Origin: Octopus sinensis
Taxonomy: Eukaryota
DNA length: 11,216 nucleotides
NCBI RefSeq assembly: GCF_006345805.1
Contig: NW_021827222.1
Location: 1-11,216, forward strand
Reading direction: 5' to 3'
Below, in pieces: positions 1-7,131 of this stretch (position 1 is the first letter of the stretch; the number at the start of each line of letters is the position of its first letter). Under the pieces are notes generated by a model that worked only from the letters and a program-made list of their open reading frames with translations, searched no databases and was not told the DNA's origin. A program made the translations under genes and the position numbers.

Positions 1-142
1 GCATACGAATTATGAAAATGTAAATTTTACTAAAAGTATTGTAAACACAGACATTGATGAATTGTCCCGAATTTCCTTTCAGTAGTTTGCTGTACGTTAC
101 GTATAGAGATATGAAAACAGATAAAAACTATGTACTTTGGTC

Positions 143-564
143 GGATCTTTTCGGTTTGAACGGCAGTTTTTTAAAATAATTTCCACGTAACTAAACACTT
201 TTAAACTTCGTATACTGGTAGAATGTGTTATAAAACATCTTTTTCTTGGCTTTATTGAGAAAATTCTATATAGTTTGTAAGATATTTGTTTTTTTTTTCA
301 ATTTCTGCAATTTCAACCAATCAATGACGTCTATTGAGGTAAAGTCATTCTGTGTCGTATGAATATGTCCCTCGTTTAAGAAACAGATTGGGTTTATTTA
401 CATTTCTGAAGAAAAAAAGATACCCTTCCCCCTAACCCTAACCCTAACTAATCCTAACCCTAAAAGAGATTGAAATGCAATAGATCGATACTAGGGTCAT
501 AATTATAGGTGACAATTTCATATGACACCGCTAGAAAAAACTGCCGTTCAAACCGAAAAGATCC
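143..564. mobile_element. Non-autonomous DNA transposon (MITE), 422 bp, 30-bp perfect TIRs, 8-bp TSD; Merlin-like or hAT-like superfamily
   Basis: GGATCTTTTCGGTTTGAACGGCAGTTTTTT (143-172) is the exact reverse complement of AAAAAACTGCCGTTCAAACCGAAAAGATCC (535-564). Flanks CTTTGGTC (135-142) and CTTTGATC (565-572) match at 7/8. No transposase is recognisable inside. The superfamily is inferred only from the GG termini and 8-bp TSD. Confidence 0.9.
430..463 (+). repeat. Short interstitial telomere-like (CCCTAA)n tract inside the MITE
   Basis: CCCTAA at 430-435, 436-441, 442-447 and 458-463, with degenerate CTAAT and CCTAA units between. Confidence 0.85.
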
Positions 565-799
565 CTTTGATCTATTACACGATTCTTCTTACTTCAAATT
601 ATTTCACCCTCTTTTACATAATTCTTTATTGACGATAAACCTATATTTCAGATATAAAACCACGGGACATGCCATAGGTACTTATAAATAAAAGCACAAC
701 CGAAAACTTTATAAGAGGAGAATGTTCTATGCCTTCAAACATGTGGATCGGCATGGTTACAATGAATTTTCATGAACAGCCAAATTTGATTTTCCAGAG

Positions 800-991
800 T
801 GTTATGTCGCACGTTCGACATGGTTGTGTGTTCTATCTCATCTTTGTCGCCACTGTTATGTCGCACGTTCGGATGACCGCTGCTCAACTCGACTCTACTA
901 CTCTGTTCGACTGCTACTCAACTCGACCCTGACTGCTACTCTGCTACGTATTGGGTTAGCCGACTTCACTGTCTGGGGGCACCACACAACA
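800..991. mobile_element. Solo-LTR-like insertion (192 bp, TG...CA ends, 5-bp TSD)
   Basis: Starts TGTTATG (800) and ends CACAACA (991), a 6/7 inverted match. Flanked by CAGAG at 795-799 and 992-996. The first 18 nt recur at 854-871. No PBS, PPT or polyA signal seen, so LTR origin is inferred. Confidence 0.55.
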
Positions 992-1206
992 CAGAGATTC
1001 ACGATTTAGGGAACTAAATATCTTGATAAATTCAAAGAAATCCATGTAAGATAGTGTTGCTTACGGTATTTCTCACGGTACAGAAGATCGCATTAACAGC
1101 ACCACTGGGAAGTCGAAAACCAAATTGAGACTTATCTCCATTGTAGGATGAGTTGGTTATATAGTATGCAATTTGTGTCTGCTTTAGTGTCTGTCTCTGT
1201 AGTCTA

Positions 1207-2103
1207 CAGAGTGTTCGGGCTCAATTTGACAGTTTGCATAAAAGGAAAAGAAAACAAGAAAACAAAAGAAAACCCATCCCAAAATTAAAATATTTTAAAA
1301 AATCAAAAGATATCAACTAGATTAGGGCTAGGAGAAAACAATTTACTCAAAGTAGCTGCCCTCAGCTTCCGCCGCGTCCTCAAGACGGCTTCAGAACCTG
1401 GCGCATGTATTCCTTACTGTGTTCCTGAATAAATCTCCGAAAATATCTTTGATCTTGGCCACCAGCTCGGCCTTGGTATTGCAGGCAGAGTGACTGGTGT
1501 ATTTCTAAGCCGCACCCCACAAGTAATAATCCATGGAATTACAATCGAGGGAATTAAGAGGAAAGACAGTGAGGCTGGTGAAGTGGTAGAAATTCTCTGA
1601 CAACCATTTCTGGCCTTTTCTGGAGGTATGGCAAGAAACCGATTCCTGCTTGCCACACATATGACCTTCCAGCAGCTATCCTCTCCTCTCAAGGACCGAC
1701 CACAGTCTCCAGCAGCTTCACGTAGTCGTCTGAATTGAGCCTAAGGCCCTGTTGAAAGATGTAGGTATCAATATCGGCGTGCGGTCGCAGTCAGAATGGC
1801 TGCTGGCCACGGCCTCGTAGTCTCCGTTGCGGCTGTTCATGTCACATCTTACAGCCTTTACAGAGTTCACAAACCATAAAAAAAAACAGTCATGATTTCG
1901 GCATTTTGATAATCATGATAGAGGTAATGCTTTTCCAAAATTCAGATGACTTTTAGTTGTCTATGTCAGCTTACTTTTTCTCAGCTACAACTTTAATCTT
2001 TATGCTCTGCAACATCGATGACCGTTCACTAAAACATCGAGCTATTCCTGAAAAATAAAAGGGGTCATAAAACTTAGCCGTCAAATTTAGCCCGAGCAAC
2101 CTG
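1207..2103 (-). mobile_element. Internally deleted Tc1/mariner element of the DD37D (maT) family
   Basis: Imperfect TIRs: CAGAGTGTTCGGGCTCAATTTGAC (1207-1230) versus the reverse complement of the right end, CAGGTTGCTCGGGCTAAATTTGAC (2080-2103). TA dinucleotides flank both ends (1205-1206, 2104-2105). Contains transposase remnants on the minus strand. Confidence 0.9.
1343..1870 (-). pseudogene. Degenerate DD37D (maT) transposase remnant
   Basis: Manual translation: VNSVKAVRCDMNSRNGDYEAVASSHSDCDRTP / deletion junction about 1766-1774 / IFQQGLRLNSDDYVKLLETVVGP*EERIAAGRSYVWQ / +1 frameshift / QESVSCHTSRKGQKWLSENFYHFTSLTVFPLNSLDCNSMDYYLWGAA*KYTSHSACNTKAELVAKIKDIFGDLFRNTVRNTCARF*SRLEDAAEAEGSYFE*. 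The QQD..H motif has D replaced by E (1643-1645). The PxNSxDxNxxDY motif D (1529-1531) lies exactly 37 codons later. Three premature stops. The N-terminal boundary is approximate. Confidence 0.9.
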
Positions 2104-2188
2104 TATATGAAAACTTTATCGTCTGTGTCTGCAGTCTAATTTATATTTAACTCCCGTGTCAGCTTCGTATGTGGGAGCAAACTAATAC

Positions 2189-2597
2189 TTACTCTTTTAC
2201 TTGTTTCAGTCATTTGACTGCGGCCATGCAGGAGCACTGCCTTTAGTCGAACAAATCGACCCCCCAGCTTAGTACTTATTCTATCGGTCTCTTTTGCCGA
2301 ACCGCTAGGTTACGGGGACGTAAACACACCAGCATCGGTTGTCAAGCGATGTTGGGGGGACAAACACAAACACACAAACATAAACACAAACACACAAACA
2401 TATACACACACATATATATACATATATATATATACGATGGGCTTCTTTCAGTTTCCGTCTACCAAATCCACTCACAAGGCTTTGGTCGGCCCGAGACTAT
2501 AGTAGAAGATACTTGCCCAAGGTGCCACGCAGTGGGAATGAACCCGGAACCATGTGGTTGGTAAGCAAGCTACTTACCACTCAGCCACTCCTGCGCC
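2189..2597 (-). mobile_element. tRNA-derived SINE, family A (my label), full-length copy A1
   Basis: On the minus strand: head GGCGCAGGAGTGGCTGAGTGG (A-box-like), GGTTCATTCC (B-box-like), CORE-like CCTTGGGCAAG, central (TA)/(TG) microsatellite (2361-2434) and 3' end GACTGAAACAAGTAAAAGAGT. Homologous copies recur across the window. Confidence 0.9.
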
Positions 2598-2999
2598 TAT
2601 ACTTGTCAAGTATGCATTAACAAGCTTTTAAGCGGAGAGTTAACAATCTTTCGCCGATGACTGTAGATAGCTGATGCATCCTCTCCACCAATTTATTGCG
2701 GATCGCAAGGCGTGCGCTATGTAAGCACTGCTCTCTTGCCTGTTTACATGTGTGTTCTTTTCGAAATACAAGATTTAGCTAAATTCAGAGGTCACAGTGC
2801 ATTTGGTGAGCCATACTTTACTATAACCGTGGTGTTCGTGATGGGAATACACATTTAATGTATTCAAATATATTCAACATTAGGCGTTTCACATCGATAT
2901 TTTGCTGAAACGTGTCAGTCACATCGACGCCTGAGAGTGATAAAATACCGTCTGTTTATTTATTACTTAATTTTTACCATAACACTCGCAAACTAACAG

Positions 3000-3110
3000 C
3001 GGAGCTCGACGGAAGCCGACGCTTTTACATGAAGATTACATCAGTGCAATAGATGAGATATTGGGAGTTGCTAAAGAGCAGAGGCTCTCTCCCGAGGGCG
3101 ACGACGCAAA
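3000..3110 (+). other. Candidate 111-bp symmetric (phase 2-2) coding exon, product unknown
   Basis: AG at 2998-2999 follows a T-rich stretch; GTAAAT donor at 3111; stop-free frame GARRKPTLLHEDYISAIDEILGVAKEQRLSPEGDDA; more GC-rich than its flanks. No protein family recognised. Confidence 0.3.
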
Positions 3111-3122
3111 GTAAATGAAGTG

Positions 3123-3134
3123 ATATACATATAT

Positions 3135-3183
<49 letters not shown>

Positions 3184-3196
3184 AATATTATATATA
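3123..3196. repeat. (TA)n microsatellite
   Basis: Imperfect TA dinucleotide run. Confidence 0.95.
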
Positions 3197-3509
3197 TTTG
3201 TATACAAAATATCTGATGGTTTAGCACCTAACTTTGGGATTGAAAGCTATACCAACACTCGAACTGAACACCATTGCATAGAACCTGATATGTGTGCGTG
3301 TGCATAATTTTACTCTTTTACTTGTTTCAGTCATTTGACTGTGGTTATGCTGGAGCATCGCCTTTAGTCGAGCAAATCGACTCCAGGACTTATTCATAGT
3401 AAGCCTAGTATTTATTCTATCGGTCTCTTTTCCGAACCGCTAAGTTAGGGGACGTAAACACACCAGCATCGGTGTCAAGCGATGTTGGGGAGACAACACA
3501 GACACACAA

Positions 3510-3548
<39 letters not shown>

Positions 3549-3888
3549 ATACAAAATATCTGATGGTTAGCACCTAACTTTGGGATTGAAAGCTATACCA
3601 ACACTCGAACTGAACCCATTGCATAGAACCCTTATATGTGTGCGTGTGCTAATTTTACTCTTTTACTTGTTTCAGTCATTTGACTGTGGTTATGCTGGGC
3701 ATCGCCTTTAGTCGAGCAAATCGACTCCAGGACTTATTCATAGTAAGCCTAGTATTTATTCTATCGGTCTCTTTTTCCGAACCGCTAAGTTACGGGGACG
3801 TAAACACACCAGCATCGGTTGTCAAGCGATGTTGGGGAGACAAACACAGACACACAAATATATATATATATATATACATATATATATA
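3197..3888. repeat. Tandem duplication, period 347 bp (3197-3543 and 3544-about 3888)
   Basis: TTTGTATACAAAATATCTGATGG starts at 3197 and 3544. Each unit is about 110 bp of unique sequence, then the SINE-A 3' half, then (TA)n. Confidence 0.95.
3309..3510 (-). mobile_element. SINE family A, 3' half only (duplicated copy)
   Basis: TTACTCTTTTACTTGTTTCAGTCATTTGAC through GGAGACAACACAGACAC matches 2189-2370 and ends at (TA)n. Confidence 0.9.
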
Positions 3889-3997
3889 CGACGGGCTTCT
3901 TTCAGTTTCCGTCTACCAAATCCACTCACAAGGCTTTGGTCGGCGCGTGGCTATAATAGAAGACACTTGCCCAAGGTGCCATGCAGTAGGACTGAAC
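3655..3997 (-). mobile_element. SINE family A copy A2 (3' half, microsatellite and core; head cut at the B box)
   Basis: Matches A1 up to GGACTGAAC (3989-3997), then homology stops abruptly. Confidence 0.9.
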
Positions 3998-3999
3998 AC

Positions 4000-4102
4000 A
4001 CATATATGTGTGTGTGTGTGTGTGTGTATGTGTGTGTGTGTGGTGTGTGCGTGTGTGTGTGTGTATGCGCGCGCGCGTGTGTGTGTGAGTGTGTGCGTGC
4101 GT
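4000..4102. repeat. (GT)n/(CG)n compound microsatellite
   Basis: Runs of GT with an internal GCGCGCGCGC. Confidence 0.95.
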
Positions 4103-4103
4103 G

Positions 4104-4437
4104 AAGGTGCATTGCTCAGTGGTTAGAGCGTCGTGCTCACAATCGTGAGGTAGTGAGTTCTATTCCCGGACTGGGCTGTGTTGTATTCTTGAGTAAGACA
4201 GTTCACTCAGCTGTAGAAATGAGTTGCAACGTCGTGGGTGCCAAGCTGTAACGGCCTTTGCTTTTCTGTTGGACAAAATTGGCAGCGTGAGGGGCGAGGC
4301 TAGTATGCATGGGCGAGGCTAGTATGCATGGGCTACTGATGGTCTTCCATAAACAACCATGTTCGAACTTGTGCCTAGGAGGGAAATTTTCTAGGTGCAA
4401 TCCCATGGTCATGAATGACTGAAACGGGTCTTTACCC
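4104..4437 (+). mobile_element. tRNA-derived SINE, family B (my label)
   Basis: Head GGTGCATTGCTCAGTGGTTAGAGCG (A-box-like), GAGTTCTATTCC (B-box-like), CORE-like TTCTTGAGTAAGACA, ends GGGTCTTTACCC. A 19-bp tandem duplication GGGCGAGGCTAGTATGCAT occupies 4292-4329. Confidence 0.75.
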
Positions 4438-4518
4438 ATAATTTATATATACCGAAACATGTCTAAACGTACTCATTCTTGACTGTATTCAATCTATATA
4501 TATATACATACAATCACC

Positions 4519-4922
4519 AGCGTTGCTCTGCGTTAAGAAGCTTGCATTCCAACTACATGGTTCCAGGTTCAGTCTCACTGCGTGATACCTTGGAGAAGTG
4601 TCTTCTGCTGTAGCCTCGAGCAGACGAAAGCCTTTGTGAGTGCATTTGGTAGATGGAAACTAAAAAAAACCTATCGAATATGCATGTGTGTCTGTCTGTC
4701 TGTCTGTTTGTCTGTTTTCCGCCACCGCTTAACAACCGGTGTTGGCGTGTTTACGTCACCGTAACTTAGCAGTTCGGCAAAAAGATACCGATGTAATAAA
4801 TACCAGGCTTTGAAAAAACAATAAAATTTACTGGAATCGATTCATTTGACAAAGATTCTTGAAGGCAGTGCCCTAGCATTGCCACAGTCTAATGAATGAA
4901 ACAAATAAAAGAATAAAAGAAT
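4519..4922 (+). mobile_element. SINE family A, older diverged copy A3
   Basis: Head CTACATGGTTCCAGGTTCAGTC, core CCTTGGAGAAGTGTCTTC, central simple repeat (TCTG)n and tail GAAACAAATAAAAGAATAAAAGAAT. Many more substitutions than A1 or A2. Confidence 0.85.
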
Positions 4923-4936
4923 ATATATACATATAT

Positions 4937-5441
4937 AGGCGCAGGCTGGTTGTGTAGTAAAACGCTTGATTGTGTAGTAAGGCGGTAGAAGCGTTAGCAC
5001 GCCGGACGAAATGCTTAGCGGTATTTCGTCTGCCGCTACGTTCTGAGCTCAAATTCCACCGAGGTCGACTTTGCCTTTCATCCTTTCGGGGTAGATTAAA
5101 TAAGTACCAGTTACGCACTGGGGTCGATGTAATCGATTTAATTCGTTTGTCTGTCCTTATTTGCACTCTCTGTGTTTAGCCCCTTGTGTGTAGTAAAGAA
5201 ATAGGTATTTCGTCTGCCGCTACGTTCTGAGTTCAAATTCAGCCGAGGTCGACTTTGCCTTTCATCCTTTCGGGGTAGATTAAATAAGTACCAGTTACGC
5301 ACTGGGTCAATATAATCGTTTGTCTGTCCTTGTTTGTCCCATCTGTGTGTAGCCCCTTGTGGACAGTAAAGAAATAAGACGCTTGATTCCCAACCATGTG
5401 GCAGTACTCCCGCTTTGCCTGAAACAAGGGAATAAAAGAAT
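4937..5441 (+). mobile_element. Internally deleted SINE-A-like remnant A4 (4937-4970 plus 5379-5441) hosting a family C SINE
   Basis: TAGGCGCAGG head at 4937; the head resumes as ACGCTTGATTCCCAACCATGTGG at 5379; tail-like CTGAAACAAGGGAATAAAAGAAT ends at 5441. Confidence 0.6.
4981..5378 (+). mobile_element. tRNA-related SINE, family C (my label), copy C1: head plus two tandem internal modules
   Basis: Head GGCGGTAGAAGCGTTAGCACGCCGG..ATGCTTAGC; modules start with GGTATTTCGTC at 5020 and 5204; B-box-like GTTCAAATTC. Homologous to 8740-8964 and 8975-9378. Confidence 0.85.
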
Positions 5442-5566
5442 ACATACATATACATATAAGTGGTCTGATCAATATGTATCCGGATATAGTACGAAGCTAA
5501 AGCACGCAAAGTAAAGCCACTTGGTCCAGATTGACTTTTGCTGTTCATGCGCGCTACTCTTTAATA

Positions 5567-5624
5567 ACTGAACCGGAACCATGTGGTTGGTAAACAAGCA
5601 ACTTACCACACAGCCACTCCTGCG

Positions 5625-5626
<2 letters not shown>
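5567..5626 (-). mobile_element. SINE family A, head-only fragment A5
   Basis: ACTGAACCGGAACCATGTGGTTGG...CAGCCACTCCTGCGCC matches 2538-2597. Confidence 0.9.
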
Positions 5627-5688
<62 letters not shown>

Positions 5689-5691
5689 CTA

Positions 5692-5777
<86 letters not shown>

Positions 5778-5907
5778 CATATATATATATATATATTATA
5801 TATATACACATACATATACATATATGCGTGGTGTGTGGAGTGTGAATACATATGTATGTATGTATGTATGATGTATGTATGTATGTATGTATGTATGCAT
5901 GTGTATA
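5627..5907. repeat. Long (TA)n grading into (TATG)n microsatellite
   Basis: About 200 bp of mostly TA, followed by TATG/GTAT repeats. Confidence 0.95.
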
Positions 5908-6245
5908 TCACTTTTGGAGCGCAAATGGAGAGCGTGTGGAAATTATGCAGCTCTATATTAACGATGTTTAGCAACACGAGTTCAACTATAAATCATAGCA
6001 TATAATCTATATTAAGTATTAAAAGAAAAACCCTTGGCTGGAAGCTGCACACAGGACTTGAGCAATGCATCATCTGTAACCTAAACAGACGTGCCACCAA
6101 TTAAATTGCACTCAAACAGTTCCCGTCTCCAATTTATAAAAGAAGATAAAATTTACACATGTGATAATTTTAATACATTCAAAGGTCATTGTGCATTCAG
6201 AAAGCCATACTATATATCTATAATGTTTGTGATGCTACATGATCA

Positions 6246-6440
6246 TAGAGGCAGGAGTGGCTGTGTGGTAAGTAGCTTGCTTACCAACCACATGGTTCCG
6301 GGTTCAGTCCCACTGCGTGGCATCTTGGGCAAGTGTTTTCTGCTATAGCCCCGGGCCGACCAATGCCTTGTGAGTGAATTTGGTAGACGGAAACTGAAAG
6401 AAGCCTGTCGTATATGTATATATATATATATATATATATA
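6246..6440 (+). mobile_element. SINE family A copy A6: head and core (6246-6410) plus (TA)n; 3' half absent
   Basis: GCAGGAGTGGCTGTGTGG (A box), GGTTCAGTCC (B box), CTTGGGCAAGTG, GAAGCCTGTCG, then (TA)n; no tail follows. Confidence 0.9.
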
Positions 6441-6920
6441 ATTTGCCTAGTCTTTGCAACAGTTACTTTCTCAAATAAAATGCTGTGCATTTACTTAATA
6501 TGTGGCAGCATATTTGTATTAAGCAGTTCTCATTGCAGCACATATAGAATTAAGTGCATCTTTAAAAAAAAAATACTTAGTCCTAAAGCTGGTTCAAATT
6601 TCCTGACTCGACTTCATTTTGACTGGAATTCTATTTGCATCATCGATGTCAATAGTAAACTGCCAAAAATGATCTTATTAGAAAGAAAGACTACAGACTT
6701 TGTGATATCTGTTTGAGGCTGTTGATAGTACATTTTGCAGTTTCTTTGAAAACCTCGTTATGGTTTGATGTCAAGGTTTTATTGTTTCTTGGAGGTTTTC
6801 GACACGCTCTTCATACCTTAAAGAAAGCTGGCAGAGTTGCAATGGCGAGCGTGGTTGTGGATATTTTTTTTAAAGATAATTGTACAAACTGATTTTATCA
6901 TTGCAGGAATCATTATTTTA

Positions 6921-7098
6921 TAGGTGCATGGGGTGCATGTGGTATGAAGTTGGCTTCCCAACAAAATGGTTGCAGGTTCGATTTCACTGCGTGGAACCTT
7001 GGACGAGTGTCTTCTAATATAACCACGGGTTTCTCCAAGCCTTTTTAATAGATTTGGTAGACGGAAACTAAAACAATCCCGTCGTATATATGTGTCTA

Positions 7099-7131
<33 letters not shown>

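Noticed and set aside
430-463. Chromosome end or true telomere
   Set aside because: There are only about five units, and they lie inside a TIR element with ordinary sequence on both sides.
652-677. Possible 26-nt micro-exon (TTTCAG|ATATAAAACCACGGGACATGCCATAG|GTACTT)
   Set aside because: Such splice-like words are common in AT-rich DNA and the segment is too short to support without transcript data.
1414-1692. 92-aa minus-strand ORF
   Set aside because: It is an off-frame reading of the maT transposase remnant. The homologous frame is a different one and contains stops.
2151-2186. CTCCC...GGGAG stem followed by CTAA as a possible Helitron 3' end
   Set aside because: The stem is only about 5 bp, there is no canonical CTRR terminus with A/T target, and no matching 5' TC end was identified.
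2349-2564. Recurring peptide DGLLSVSVYQIHSQGFGR..CPRCHAVG in ORFs at 2349, 3680, 4553 and 6281, resembling a gene family with a CxxC motif
   Set aside because: All are antisense readings of SINE family A copies, so the similarity is explained by the repeat.
4104-4180. tRNA-like sequences with A and B boxes (also 6246-6312 and 7360-7425)
   Set aside because: I could not form a complete cloverleaf with a paired acceptor stem, and each continues into a SINE body. They are SINE heads, not tRNA genes.
3197-5378. CRISPR-like repeat-spacer array
   Set aside because: The repeats are 180-350-bp SINE modules or duplications without unique regular spacers, the context is eukaryotic, and there are no cas genes.
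4873-5548. Similar ORFs containing VRNWYLFNLPRKDERQSRPR (also 9151-9342)
   Set aside because: They are antisense translations of the SINE family C module.
5469-5977. ORFs rich in YI, CV or HT dipeptides (also 3036-3227, 3829-4104, 7090-7359, 9538-10963)
   Set aside because: They are translations of (TA)n, (GT)n and (CA)n microsatellites, which lack stop codons in some frames.
6177-6210. FKGHCAFR / FRGHSAF resembles the piggyBac transposase FRGRCxFR segment; GEPY / RKPY resembles the C2H2 linker
   Set aside because: The flanking piggyBac motifs (upstream DE, downstream KPxKYG) are absent, and there is no CxxC...HxxxH spacing for a zinc finger.
6480-6716. 78-aa ORF MLCIYLICGSIFVLSSSHC... with a signal-peptide-like start
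   Set aside because: I recognise no domain, it crosses a long A homopolymer, and hydrophobic short ORFs arise readily in T-rich DNA. It would need expression evidence.
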